Notes: generated by a model from the letters alone, not told the origin. Counted from the stretch's first letter, positions 27,121 through 40,300 are shown. The stretch is DNA of 64,000 nt from an uncultured Bacteroidales bacterium (GCA_964504265.1 CAZDEU010000001.1:4412-68411); one strand, 5' to 3'. Numbers and translations: made by a program.

Positions 27121-27711
27121 TTATTTTACTTCTTTTACTAATACTCTGAAGTGTGCTTTATATATGTCACCTGCAGCTAATATTGTAGTTACTTTTACTC
27201 TTTTGTTTTCACATTGAACTGTGCCGTTTAAATTTCCGTCTTCTGCTAAATGTAAATTATTGACTGATATTATTTTACCACCTACTTTTTCTATTCTATT
27301 TATGAAGTCTAATCTTCTTTTATTTAATTCTTTATCTATCCAGCAATGTATCTCGCTTGCTGTAAATGCTTTACTTATTGAATTTAATACAAATTGTTTA
27401 TATTTCATATCTCTGAAAGAAAATATGAAATTATTGAAGTTAATTTTAAGAGGTTTATAAATATTAAATAACTCTGTGGCTTTAATTATGCGAGCATCAA
27501 ATATATTTATCGTATTTTTACTTCTATCTCTGATGATTCCTGATTCTACAAAGAATATTTCATCGTTATTCAAATTCTTTTCTTGTATATAATCGGCATA
27601 AGCAATTCTACTAGCATCCATTGATTCGTCTAATTCTTTAGCCCTTAACTGATTTTTATTTAATGTTGCTATTACCATTTCTTTTATATTTTCAAAAAAT
27701 TTAGTAAACAT
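27121..27711 (-). CDS. hypothetical protein, first gene of promoter cassette B
   Basis: Start moved to ATG 27711 (leader GGGGAAATTAAAATG is identical to cassette A). The track start at 27729 is a TTG. Confidence 0.5.
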   Translation of the reverse strand: MFTKFFENIKEMVIATLNKNQLRAKELDESMDASRIAYADYIQEKNLNNDEIFFVESGIIRDRSKNTINIFDARIIKATELFNIYKPLKINFNNFIFSFRDMKYKQFVLNSISKAFTASEIHCWIDKELNKRRLDFINRIEKVGGKIISVNNLHLAEDGNLNGTVQCENKRVKVTTILAAGDIYKAHFRVLVKEVK

Positions 27712-27766
27712 TTTAATTTCCCCTTTCAAATTTTTTATTTTTATTTATTTAACCCTTTATATTTTT

Positions 27767-27795
27767 ATTATAACATATTATAATAAAAATGTAAA
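27767..27795 (-). promoter_or_regulatory. sigma-70-type promoter, cassette B (identical core)
   Basis: -35 at 27790-27795, -10 at 27767-27772, 17-nt spacer. Confidence 0.7.
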
Positions 27796-27832
27796 TAGTT
27801 TTTATAAAATAATTTAAAATAAAAACAAAAAA

Positions 27833-27859
27833 GCATTGATAATGTAATATTATCAATGC
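27833..27859. terminator. bidirectional intrinsic terminator, cassette B
   Basis: GCATTGATAAT / ATTATCAATGC, an 11-bp stem flanked by A- and T-runs. Confidence 0.75.
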
Positions 27860-27881
27860 TTTTGACGATAAAAATAATTTA

Positions 27882-28064
27882 TTAAATAATTCTTGATTTT
27901 TTATTTTTGAAGGCTAAAAACATATTACCGTCAGTTTTATTTATATAAATTCTATTATTTATTCGTTTACTTCTTAATATCCCTTTTAATGTTAACTGAT
28001 ATAATTTGCTATAAATCAAACGATTTTCTCTAACAAAATCAATTAGTTTTATATAATCTTCCAT
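27882..28064 (-). CDS. small DNA-binding (excisionase/MerR-like HTH) protein, tentative
   Basis: 60 aa, basic. Pattern IKLIDFVRENRLIYSKLYQLTLKGIL. Confidence 0.3.
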   Translation of the reverse strand: MEDYIKLIDFVRENRLIYSKLYQLTLKGILRSKRINNRIYINKTDGNMFLAFKNKKSRII

Positions 28065-28067
28065 AAT

Positions 28068-28616
28068 TTATAATTCCTTTATTGCTTCTTTAAATGTCAT
28101 TCCGTTATTATCTTTATCTGATATTAAAGGTTCTACTATAATGTCATTATCTGTTAATATAGGCCATATAATATGTAAATCACTGTCATCAAATTTAATA
28201 CACCTTTCAGCTTCTTTATTATAATACTCATCGCATTTGTATAATATTTCCGCTGTTTGCGATAATGTTATAAATCCGTGTGCGAATCCTTTTGGTATAT
28301 ATAATTGTTGTTTATTATCTGATGATAAATAAAAACTTACATACTTGCCAAATGTATTTGACGATTTTCTTAAATCAACTATAACATCAAAAATTGCACC
28401 TGATAAAACTCTTATTAATTTTGTTTGTGCAAATGGTTCAACCTGATAATGCAGACCACGCAAAACACCAAAACTTGACTTTGATTGATTATCCTGGACA
28501 AAGTTATTTTCAATTACTTTTTTATTATACGCTTCAAAAAAGTAACCTCTATCATCTTTAATTATTTTTGGTGTATATAATAAAACATCATTTAAAGCTG
28601 TCTTTTCAAATCCCAT
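28068..28616 (-). CDS. rmlC: dTDP-4-dehydrorhamnose 3,5-epimerase
   Basis: DDRGYFFE, LRGLHYQ, QTKLIRVLSGAIFDVIVDLR and PKGFAHGF are the cupin RmlC signature. Confidence 0.85.
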   Translation of the reverse strand: MGFEKTALNDVLLYTPKIIKDDRGYFFEAYNKKVIENNFVQDNQSKSSFGVLRGLHYQVEPFAQTKLIRVLSGAIFDVIVDLRKSSNTFGKYVSFYLSSDNKQQLYIPKGFAHGFITLSQTAEILYKCDEYYNKEAERCIKFDDSDLHIIWPILTDNDIIVEPLISDKDNNGMTFKEAIKEL

Positions 28617-28632
28617 TTTAATATCCTTTCAC

Positions 28633-28905
28633 TTATAAATAATAATTATCATCAATAAAAATTTTATGCTTATTTAATTCACTTAATAAAATATTTGCTA
28701 TGCTTATGTTAGGATTTAAAAAATCCTCATTAGCAACTTTTATTGATAATGTTTTTAGTTTTTTAGTTCCGTCTTCTAATACATCAAAATTATCTAATAA
28801 TACTTTGAATCTAATTTCAGGTAAACTCTTACAATAAATATCTTGTTTCATTCCTGCTAATTGAGTTAAAATATTCATAAAAGTTTTTAATGTTATGTAA
28901 TTCAT
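28633..28905 (-). CDS. hypothetical protein
   Basis: 90-aa ORF in operon context. Confidence 0.4.
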   Translation of the reverse strand: MNYITLKTFMNILTQLAGMKQDIYCKSLPEIRFKVLLDNFDVLEDGTKKLKTLSIKVANEDFLNPNISIANILLSELNKHKIFIDDNYYL

Positions 28906-28919
28906 TTTAATTTCCTTCC

Positions 28920-29144
28920 TTAATAGATTTCAAATTCTTCAACATCAACCCTATTTGATAATAAGATTGACAAGCCTGTTAAATATGGGTAAACATTTGT
29001 TGTGTTATTTAATATGACTGCCGTTTCTAATTTATGCTGAAAATTAACAATTATAAATTTTGGATAATGGTTATATTTATCTTTAAAGTTTGAAATTTTT
29101 ATATATAATTTCTGGTAAAAATCATTACTCACTAAAATCACCAA
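28920..29144 (-). CDS. hypothetical protein
   Basis: 74-aa ORF overlapping the upstream glycosyltransferase stop. Confidence 0.4.
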   Translation of the reverse strand: MVILVSNDFYQKLYIKISNFKDKYNHYPKFIIVNFQHKLETAVILNNTTNVYPYLTGLSILLSNRVDVEEFEIY

Positions 29145-29889
29145 CTTTGATATTTGTATATTTCCACTTATCGATAAATTTACTTTCCGATGCTCTTATA
29201 TATTCCATTCTTTTTTCCATATTTATTTCTGAACCTTGAAATTTATGCTTAACTATGTAATCATCGATGTTTACGATTCTACAATTCTGCTTATAAAAGT
29301 TATGCAGTTTTAAGCATAAATCAAAGTCCTCGTAATATAAAAAATACCTATCATCAAAACCTACTAATAATTGGAAATCTAATCTTTTAATTGCTAAAAA
29401 ACCACCTGAAACATATAAACAATTATTATCAGTTAAATTTTTACATAAATGCCTATCTATATGTGTTATTGGATTGCCTATAACGCCTTGAGTTCTTATT
29501 CTGTTATTATAATCTTGATGTGTTACGCCTAACGCTCTTACTTCATTTCTTATTGTTTTCCTTATTAAATCAAATATATTATTTTCATTATCAACTAATT
29601 CTAAATCTGGATTCATAAAAATCAGGTAGTTACTAAATGTATTTAATCCATAAAAATTACAAGCCTTACCAAAACCGATATTAGTTATATTTTTAAATGT
29701 TGATAATTTTTTAATATTTTTAGGTTTAAATTTTTGAATTATCTGATAAGTATTATCAGTTGAAGCATTATCAAATATTTTTACATTAACATTTTTAGCA
29801 TATTTATCTATTGATTTCAAGCAGTTATTTATTGTATTTTCGTTATTATAAGTTACTATTATTATATCAATCATTTTTAAAAGAACCAT
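29125..29889 (-). CDS. family-2 glycosyltransferase (rhamnosyltransferase-like)
   Basis: IDIIIVTYNNENTINNCLKSI, FDNASTDNT and YYEDFDLCLK motifs. The start may instead be M6 (29874). Confidence 0.7.
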   Translation of the reverse strand: MVLLKMIDIIIVTYNNENTINNCLKSIDKYAKNVNVKIFDNASTDNTYQIIQKFKPKNIKKLSTFKNITNIGFGKACNFYGLNTFSNYLIFMNPDLELVDNENNIFDLIRKTIRNEVRALGVTHQDYNNRIRTQGVIGNPITHIDRHLCKNLTDNNCLYVSGGFLAIKRLDFQLLVGFDDRYFLYYEDFDLCLKLHNFYKQNCRIVNIDDYIVKHKFQGSEINMEKRMEYIRASESKFIDKWKYTNIKVGDFSE

Positions 29890-29899
29890 TCCTTTATAA

Positions 29900-30070
29900 T
29901 TATTTTGCCCTTCTTTTATAGAAATATCTGCTTAATTTATTTTGTGGAATTGAAATATTAACTTTGTATTCTTTTATTTCGGCTTCTTTCATTTTAGTAA
30001 ATACTCTTAAAACTATAAAAATAAATAACATATCAAATATCCCTAACAATAAATAATTCATTTTCATCAT
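29900..30070 (-). CDS. unannotated ~53-56-aa membrane peptide
   Basis: (MMK)MNYLLLGIFDMLFIFIVLRVFTKMKEAEIKEYKVNISIPQNKLSRYFYKRRAK. Below the track cutoff. Confidence 0.3.
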   Translation of the reverse strand: MMKMNYLLLGIFDMLFIFIVLRVFTKMKEAEIKEYKVNISIPQNKLSRYFYKRRAK

Positions 30071-30071
30071 C

Positions 30072-30308
30072 TCACTTTTTTGTAAATATTATATCTTGAT
30101 ATAATATCTCTTTTATTAGCTGCTTATTTTTAATTTGATTCAAATAAAACATTGCCTGGTCAATATTATTAATAAACCTAAAATAATCATATAAGTCAAT
30201 AAGTTTATTATCTTTACTATTATATTTTAAATAATCTTCTTTACTGATGCCTGAAGTTGCTCTATATAATATCTCTTTATCATCTGTAAAATCAAATATT
30301 GTTTTCAT
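30072..30308 (-). CDS. hypothetical protein
   Basis: 78-aa ORF. Confidence 0.4.
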   Translation of the reverse strand: MKTIFDFTDDKEILYRATSGISKEDYLKYNSKDNKLIDLYDYFRFINNIDQAMFYLNQIKNKQLIKEILYQDIIFTKK

Positions 30309-30324
30309 ATTTTATCCTCTCACT

Positions 30325-30368
30325 TTTTAAATTATTTTATATAAAAATAATTATAAAATAAATTAAAC
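30325..30368. repeat. A/T palindrome P10 (type A)
   Basis: The right arm contains the stop codon of 30363..30884. Confidence 0.9.
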
Positions 30369-30884
30369 TTTTATTTTAGGTATTCTGTAACATTGAGGTA
30401 AACTTACAAATGTAAATGTATTATCATTTTCAATTAATCTTTCTTTTGTATATTTTAATATTAATTTAATTTTCCAATTATCAAATGCTTCTCCGATAGG
30501 TAATTCTTTCGTTAAGATATAATAAATATATGCAGTTTCATCTAAATTTTTATTTCTTTCCTTATCATCATATACAGCAATACCTAATAATAGCTTATAT
30601 TTATCAGCATCATCAATAGTTGAGTTATAAATATCATACATAAAATTATTTCTGGCATTAATGTAATATTGAAATTCTTCTGCTAATTGTATTGAAATTA
30701 ATATAGGCTCAGTTGACGGTTCTGGTGTTATTATTGGAACTAGTTTTAAATATCTATTATAAAAATCAAATAAATCTGAATAATACATATTATTTTTACT
30801 GAACTCCGGAGTGTCAAATATTCTTTGGTTGAGTGTATATATAGTATTAAATTTTTCTTGTTCTGTCATTATTAAAACTCCCAT
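30363..30884 (-). CDS. hypothetical protein, paralog of 30872..31336
   Basis: Shares ...YYSDLFDFYNRYLKLVP / ...YLSDLFDYYLRYLNFFP and a similar downstream layout with its neighbour. Confidence 0.5.
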   Translation of the reverse strand: MGVLIMTEQEKFNTIYTLNQRIFDTPEFSKNNMYYSDLFDFYNRYLKLVPIITPEPSTEPILISIQLAEEFQYYINARNNFMYDIYNSTIDDADKYKLLLGIAVYDDKERNKNLDETAYIYYILTKELPIGEAFDNWKIKLILKYTKERLIENDNTFTFVSLPQCYRIPKIKV

Positions 30885-31336
30885 ACATCTTTAATTTTTA
30901 TATTACCAGTAATATCATCTTGATTAAATTGAGGTTCGAAATATGTTGATTTGAAATCATAAAATAAACTATAATCAATATATGTATTTTTTAATATTTT
31001 ATATTCTGCGTTCATAAATGCTTCATCTCTATCATCAGCATTCAAACCAGCCTTTATAAATTCTTCATAATAAGGCGCTGAATTAGTTAGTGATATTTTA
31101 TTTTTCACTAAATTATCTCTTTTTTGTATAAAGGTTTTAAAACTATTTTCTAACTCTGGTGCTATTTTAATATCATTTTCATTATAGTTAAGATTATTAA
31201 TATCAGGGAAAAAATTCAAATACCTCAAATAATAATCAAATAAATCACTAAGATATTTATTTGACATTGTGTTATTAATTAATTCATTTTTATATTTAGT
31301 GTAAATATGAGTGCATTTATCATATTCTCTTATCAT
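30872..31336 (-). CDS. hypothetical protein, paralog of 30363..30884
   Basis: See the paralog entry. First gene after the giant MuF ORF. Confidence 0.5.
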   Translation of the reverse strand: MIREYDKCTHIYTKYKNELINNTMSNKYLSDLFDYYLRYLNFFPDINNLNYNENDIKIAPELENSFKTFIQKRDNLVKNKISLTNSAPYYEEFIKAGLNADDRDEAFMNAEYKILKNTYIDYSLFYDFKSTYFEPQFNQDDITGNIKIKDVWEF

Positions 31337-31362
31337 ATTACTTCCTCCTTTTATTTATATAA

Positions 31363-34300
31363 TTATTTCGGCATATATTTTAAAAGATATTTATATATTT
31401 TTACTGATTCAACATCTGTAGCTGTTGATAAATCCTGTAATAGTTGAGTTGATTTTGCTCCTTTACTTATGAGAATTTTTACTAACGCGAGGTCTTTAAG
31501 ATTTTGAGCTACTAGTTTTAAATTTTCTTCATCTGCAGGCGCATTTTTAACTAATAATTTTACTACTTCTAAATTATTTGCAGATATATAATATTCAAAT
31601 AAATGTTGAGTATAATAACCTTCATTGATTATATATTTTATAATATCAATTTGTGCGTTAGCAGCAAGCATTTTAAAAGTATCTTGAACTATATATTCAT
31701 TTATCTCTTTTTCATATTCTGGTTTGAAATAATTCTTTTTATGGAGTAATTTTTTAACTAAATCGAATTTACCTTCTTTTGCTAATGTATGTAAATCTTT
31801 ACTAGCGAATATATCCTTACTAATTAAATAATCAGCAATATCATCTTGATTATATTTTATTGCAGTTTCTACTAATTCTTCTTTAAGACTATCTGCTATA
31901 TTACCTTTACCTATTATTTTCTTTACTGCTTTTATATCGCCATTCTGAATTCCTGTAAGTAGACTTTTATCATCGACGGGTGTATATTTTAATATTATAC
32001 TCATCATATTTTTATTATTCTTTACATTAGATATGTGAGATACTAAATCAGCATCATAATAACCTTTAGATAAAACATAATCCAAAAATAAACCATTATT
32101 ATTGTATATTATATTTAAACACGCTTCATATTTAATTTTTTCAGGATATTTATCACTAAAATAATTTTCTTTTTCTATTACTCTTTTAAATAGTTCAAAA
32201 TTTTTACTATTTATTAATGACGTCAATACTTCTTCATTGAATATATGATTATCAATTAAATATTCAGCTATTCTATTATCAGATGAACTTAATGCTCTTG
32301 CTAATAAAGAATAATCTGATGGGTCTGCTACTTTATTATCAACTAAAAATTTAACTAAATCAAAATTATCTAAATTTACTGCTTGAACTAATGCAACATT
32401 ATTTTTAATACCTTTATTAACTAATAATTTTACCATATCTGGGTATTCGTATAAATCTTTTTCATTAAAAATTTCTTTATCAACTAAACCTTTATCAATT
32501 AATAATTCCACACCTTTTACACTATTTTTACCAACCGCTGCATATATTGTGCTATCATCTGCCATACCTCTATTTATCATATCTATTGCTATATCAGGTA
32601 AATCATGCCAAAAAGCATATTTTGCACCGTTAACTGTATGAAAACCTTTATCTATTAATTTTTGTGTCATATATGCGTTGCTTTCTTTTAGTGCTTTAGT
32701 TAATATAAAACTGTTTGTTATATCTATATTCTTTTGCATAATAATATCAAAAAATGTCTGATTACGTGTAGTTATTATATTCATTAATGTGTCAGTCAAA
32801 TCAACGATATTTTTATCAATTATAAAATTGAATAAATCAATATTGTTTTGTTTTATTACATTTTCACTTATATCATTAGAAGTGAATCCTTTATTAATTA
32901 ACTCCTTAACTAAATCTGGATGTTCATATATATCTTCTTCGTCTAATATATCAGACGGTATTATGTTTTTATTAAGTAATATTTGTAATATAGTATCATT
33001 ATTTTTATGTAAAGCCATTGTAAATGCTGATTCATTAACCATACCTTTATCAATTAGCTTGATGATAATTTTATTATCTAAGTCATATTTCATAGCTTCC
33101 ATTGCTGCATCTAAATCTTCCGCGCCAAGGTCAAGTAATTTATTTACTAAATATTCATTTTTATTCATAATCGCCCGTTCTAATGCGATAGTAACAGCCG
33201 GAAGTTTTGCATTATGTTGTAATAAATAATCAAATATATCATTATTATTATATATTACTGCCTCAATTAGTGCATTACTTAAAGTTGCAGTATCAGTTTT
33301 AAACGCTTCATCTATTATAAATTTTGTTATATCAAAATTACTATGACTAATTGCATCAATTAAAGTATCTGATGTTAGTTGAGTTTTATCTTGATATATT
33401 AATTTTAGCATATCAAAATTATTATTTTTAACAGCTTCCTTTACTGCATCAGCACTCCTTGAAATATGCTTATCAATATTATCAATAATCATTTTAGCGA
33501 TTTCTAAATTATTATTTTTAACAGCTGGTAATAAAACATCTACATCTGCGCGACCTTGGTTTTCTATTATCATCTTAACAAGATTAGTAGCATTTATTTC
33601 TACTGCATAACTCAATGCTTCAGAACTTTCAAAACCATGCTCAATCATATAAGTAAATAATATATTATTTTTATTTTTTATTACTTTATTTAATACTGGT
33701 GTTGATGTAACTCCGGAATCTATTAATATTTTTACAGCATCGTCATTACCTGCAGTTACTGCTACATCTAATAATTTTTTCTTATCTATTTTAGTTTTAT
33801 TTTTAACTATAATTTTAAATATATCATTTTTAAACTCTTTTATAGCTTTTATATCATCATCAGGGTTTATATCAAAAGAATACTCCGAAGTCAATAAATC
33901 ATATATCTCAGTGTTATTAGAATTAAAAGCTGCCTCAATTAATTCTAATGGATTATTAAGTATATCTGGTTTTTTATCTATCAATAATTTTACAATATCA
34001 TTATATTGAAGGTTTATAGCTAAACGAACATCATCTATATCATATTTATAACTATCATTTTCAAGTGCTGTTTTTATTAAATCAAGGTCTGGTATATTTT
34101 TTATTAAACTTGTTATTACATTTGGACTTTGTATTTTTTTACTTATTAAATATTTAACAATTTCTATATTACCATGAATAATATTTTGGGATAATAATGA
34201 TGTATCAGGTGTATATTTTTTATTTTCAATAACATACTTAATTATATCTAATCTAGTGTAACATACAGGAGAATAAAAATAAATAGCTGATAAACCTGCA

Positions 34301-37300
34301 GGCATATTAACAGTTAGTTTCTCTATATCTTGTATTGTTATATTTTCAATATTTATTAAATATTGAAAACTGTCTTGTGTATTTATTTTCATACCTTTAT
34401 TCCCACATTCACTTATTATTGATAGATCTCTAGTCTGCATTATCTTATCTAAATAATTATTTACAATATTTGATGGTATTGTATATTTATCTAATAAATA
34501 TCTAATAATCTCTGCTTCATTTTTACGTATCATATCAAAAGCATAATCAATATCATCACTATATCTTATTGTTTCAGGTGCTAGTGCTTTTATTTTTTCT
34601 ATATCTCCAGTTCTAATGGCTATATAAAAATCATCGTGTTCTATTTTTGCGCCTGATTTGATAAGTAATTTTAATAAATCAATATTACCATATTGTATAG
34701 TTGATGATGCTAGTGTTATATTTAATCCTGGATAATTATTAACTATGAATTCTATAACCGGCATATTATTATTACTTATAGCTTTATTCAATATTTTTTG
34801 AGGGTCTATAATTTTATTATATTGTTTTAATATAGTAAGCATATCAATACTTTTAGTAAATTTAATAGTGCCTTGTGTAATTATATTTGCTGAATAATTA
34901 TCATCATAATCTGGATAACCTTGTTTTAATAATTCTTCTAATAAATCAACTCTTTCTGTGTTTACTGCAAAATAAATAGTAGTGTAATAAGCATCTTTTC
35001 CTATTCCCATCATTTTTGTAAAATATAATATATTTTCTAAAGTTCCTTCTCTGTATATCTCTGTCATAATTTTATTTTTATCTGATGCGCTCATATGTGA
35101 TATATTTGCTTCTTTAATAAAATATTCAGTCATATTATAGTTACCGACTTTCGCAAATGCTGTTGCTAAATTTACAAATATAATATTACCACTATTAGCA
35201 GTAAATCTTGCAAGTTCAGTTGCATTAAAGTTATCTTTAATAAAATCTTCAGTATAATTATTTACTAATACATCAGTATTAGCTACTATCATATCACTAT
35301 CTTGAATTCCGCCTGACATATCGTCTAATGCGTCGCTTAATTCTTTAGGATTACTTTGATTAACACGATATTTATATATTTCAAAAGGCCGTAAATATAA
35401 TAATAATGTATTAATATCTGCTAAGTTATTATTTAATATTAAATGTTTAAATATCGACATATATAATTCGTCTAAAGATTTTGTAGATTTATATTTGTAA
35501 TTTTTTAAAATTTCAGTTTTAATATTTTTATCAACTTGTTCTATATTTATTTTTGAAATCATACTTAATATTACATTTTGTGGTTCTCCATGTATGATAG
35601 ATTTATTGATAATAGTTTTTGCAAGTTCAATTTCTTCAGGAGATTTGAATGTTGGAATATTATTTATCATTCTAAAAATAGTACTATTTTTTACTAAATT
35701 TTCATTAACTAATTTAGTATATATTGTAGCTGCATAAGAAACATCTGCCTTATCAATTGAAAATAAATTATTAATAGCTCTTGAAACTAATTCTCTATCT
35801 AACCCTGAATTTAATAATGAATCAATATTATTAACATCATTAGATTTGAATATCTTAATTAATATATCTGGCGTAAGTAAAAATTTAGCATCAACTTTAA
35901 TAATATCTTTTATTAATTTTGAAATATGAGTGGTTTTAAAATCGATAGTTGGAAATAAAAGTTCAAAAGACTCTTTACTTTTATTATCAAAAAGTATTGA
36001 ACTTAATACCATCATTCTATCAACATCTTTAGGTGATTTACATAACGACATTAAATTATAAACATATAGTAAAGTGTTTGACCTTGATATTTTATCATCA
36101 CCACTATCAGCTAGTTCAAAGTGTGCTTTATCTTTAGAAATTATATACCCTATAACTAAATTACTATATTCATTATTTTTTGAAGTAACCGCGATTGATT
36201 TAAAATTATTGTTTAATGGTGCTACTTTATAAATTAATTCTGTCATTAATTTATCTTCATAATATTTTATATCTTCTACATTACTCATTACTAACATTTC
36301 ATTCTGGGCTGATAGTTTATTTATATCATCTAACTTATAAGCCTCTTCTGATGCTTGATATGTTGCAAAAAGTCTATCTTTAGGTATTGTATCAAAAATA
36401 CATATATGGCCTTTTTCACTAGTAATTTCTGCTCTAAAAGTCATAGCTTCTTTATAATCATCTGTAAATGATTCTATCGCAAATATATTATAATCTATTT
36501 CGCCATTTTTATCTGTAACGCTATTTAAAATATCATTATATTGTTTTCTTGGTATTTGACATGACCTAAAAACATCATAAGTATTATCAATTAGAAATTC
36601 CTGATTCTGCTTATAAACTAATTTAATATTATCATCGCTAAATAATAAATTTTTATTTATAGGCCTACCAAAATGGTCTTTACCATTATCAAAATTATCA
36701 ACAACTTGTTTAGGTGTTAAATTTTTTAAATAATCTCTAGAACCTATAACTATTAATAATGCTTTTTCAACTTTTGATTTAGTTAATCCCATTTTAACCA
36801 TATCTAATCTTAATTTTATTATTTGTGCTGAAGTTGTTTGACCTTTCCAATTCTTTAAAAAATATTCATACTTACTTGAGTCAAATGGTACATCTTCCTG
36901 TAATATATTTTCTCTTACAAGTTGAACTTCTGATTTAGGTTGAACTGGAATTGTAATATTATCTATTGCTTCAATATTTATTTTTAATTTCCCGTTATCA
37001 TATATGATATACTTATCTATAATGGTTTTCATAATAGATTTATCTATTGAATTATATATTTCATTAAATTCTTTTATATTATTTTTTAATTTTTCTTCTT
37101 CAATATATTTATCTATTTTAGCAAGTTCTTCAATTGAATTTACTTTATCAGCATATTTATTTATTATGTTATACATAATATCTGATTTAGTATTGAATAT
37201 ATTTTGAAATTCTTTTGCTTGCTCGTCAAAGTCAATTTCTACAGGCTCTTCTATATAAGGAATTGATTCAAATATATCTTCCGATGGTGTGTCTTTTACT

Positions 37301-40300
37301 TCAAATAATTCGTAATTGTCTTCCCAAAAATGATATCTTAAATTAGTATCATCAAAAGATTCTCCTTCCAAAGGCTCTTCTGACGCTAAATCATCATACA
37401 TTTCTTGCGTTAAATATATCTTATCTATATTATCTATAAATGTTTTGGAGCCTATTCTTAATTCATCATAACCATAATCCTTACCAGCATCAGCATCATA
37501 ATGCGCATATAAACCCTCCGTTTCTGGTATCTTACTTTTAACTACAATATTTCTATTAATGGTTCCTTTATTATAAGGAGTTGAAACTGATATATTTCCT
37601 TGAGCCCCTGATAAAAATAATTCTTGTAATTCCTCGATACTTCTAACGCCATGAGCTACTTCGCCTTCCGCTTTAACTTTATATAAACCTTTACTAAAAC
37701 CTTCCATTGGTTTGGGTTGCTCTAATGGTGTTATTTTCATTAAAGGTAAAGAAGATATTTCTATTGAATGTAATTCGCTTGTATTTTTTGATGTATACTT
37801 AGGAATATATTTTAGTAAGTAATTATAAATATCGTTACGTTCTAATTCAAGGGCTATTTTTAAAAATTCTGAACCATTAACTCCTTCTTGTAATAATCTC
37901 TTTATTGTAACCAAATCACCTTGTTTTATAGCCTTTACTATTGTAATTTTTAATAACTTATCTATATTACTTTTTACTTCTGTAATAGGAGGTTTTATTA
38001 TACCTGTACTCGATATTAATGTTGTATCTTTCTGCTCTTTTAGCTTTGATTTTAATAATTCAAATTTATCAATTATACTTTTAGCTTGATTTAGTAAAGT
38101 GATTTTATCTTTTCTATAAACAACTATTTCGTAACTTTTATATATTTCAATAGCGTGTGTTGAATCTTCAATTGCTTTAGCTCTTAAATAATTTTCTGAA
38201 GATATTTGTATAATTCCTGTAGATATTTGTATGGAATCATTATTTAATTTATAATGTGATAAGTCGTTATCAATCATAAAACGCTGTATTAATCTTAAAT
38301 TATCTCCAGCATCATTATAAATTATTTTAGGTTTTTCAACATCTTTTTTGATAAATTCTTTTATATCTTTATAATTATATTTCACTAACATATCTTGTAT
38401 AACTTTATCTTTAATTAGTATATCAAAATTCATCTCAGTTTTATTAATAAGCTGCAATATAATATTGATATCTTCAATATCAATATTAGTGAATTGTTTT
38501 AAATAATTCGCAAATTTATTTGGTATAAGTTTATTATAACCATGATTGATTATATTATGTATTTCATCAATTCTTTCAAATACATTTACACCAAATAATT
38601 GACATATATTTTTTATAAAAGTTCTATATGCTGGGTAACCATAAAAGGTTCCTTTTGCAACATCTATTTTTATATTTATATCAACTCCTAATAATTTACT
38701 AAATCTATTTACTGTTGTAATTGCTTTTAAATCATTTATACCTTCTAATATACGTTTAATATGTGTATCATTTGTTACATCTTCATCACTAGATATATGA
38801 TCACATTGTTTATGTAAATATTCATGATACAGTAAACAAAGGAAATCAATATCTAATTTTGTTACTTTATTCTCTTTTGCAATATTTAAAAGACCCTTGA
38901 GGAATGAATCAGCTATATGCTTTGAGTTATCTACTAACATTATATTACTATCATTTTTTACATAAACAAATGCTACTGCTTCATGTTTCTTTTTATATAA
39001 CTCAATCTCATAATCAAATACAGCTCCTGGGTGTAATTCAATTGGTAACTCTGGAATAATTGAAGTATTCAAAAATTTTAAAAATTCATCGGCAGTTGTT
39101 ATATTTTTAATTTTCTCTTTATTATCTGCTATTTTTTTATTTAAAGTTTCGTTTGATTTTTTAACTAATAATTCTATTTCTTTTTTATAATCAGGTTTTT
39201 CAATCTCTGCTGCTTGTGCTGATGGCGGTATTAAAAAGTTATTTACTAAATATGTTAATGCTGTGGTTGCTGCGGTTTTAAATAAATTTTTAAAATCTTT
39301 ATATTGGTCTTTATTTGCTTCTTTAACTTTTGCTGCTTCTTGTAATACTGCCGTCCTATAATCATCTAAAGTAACTAAAACATCTCTATTGATGTCCCAG
39401 TCAATTTTATCTTTATCAACTTGTAAAAAAGTATTGGTTAATAATGCTGTTTCTGGCTCTGATAATTTTTGAGCTTCTTTAACAAAATCAATTGCTTCTT
39501 TGACATATTTTTCAGTTATTATTTTCTTATTAAATTCTGTCATTAAATCTGGGGGTAAGTTTGCGGTAGTATATAAACCATCAAAACCGTCATAACCTAT
39601 TTCATTATAAACCTTATTAGTTAATGTAAACATAACTTTTTCAACATTAGTTTCATAATTAGGTGATACAGGTTTTGTTAATAAATCTTTTATAAATTCA
39701 GTTGCTTTTATATAATAGTCTAAAATTTTATCTTTATACAATTCATCAAGCATATATGTTTCTTCAACTGGTGCAATTATTTTTTCTAATTCTGATTTAT
39801 ATTGTTGAAGTTTTAAATAATCATCAAATAAATCATCATTATATAAAGTCTTATCTTTTAAATTACCTTTCAAATAGTCATTTAAAATTATGTCTAAAGT
39901 AAGTAATTGCTGTTGTTTATTTTTATCGTATAATGCTTTTAAAGTTTCAGCATATATTTCTGCTGGTATTGTATTTAGATGACTGGCATAAATATTATTC
40001 AAATGTTTTTCAACTATTAATTCATCTATTCCTGAAGCAATTTCTTTTATTGTTTGTCTTGGTTTTAAGTTTGCCGCTATATCCATTATATTTGCTTTAC
40101 TTTTATTTAATGCTTCTGCTAATACTCTTCTCGTTTCATATGTCGGCATTGAATCTTTTGTGATTTGCATTATATCATTTTTAGTTTGTATTGCGCTTTT
40201 AGTTAATATATCTGCTGCAATTGTTATGACTTTTTTCATACCTGCTGCAATTAAATAAGGTAAAGCATCAGTAGTTTTTTCTGTTGATTTTATTTCTCTC

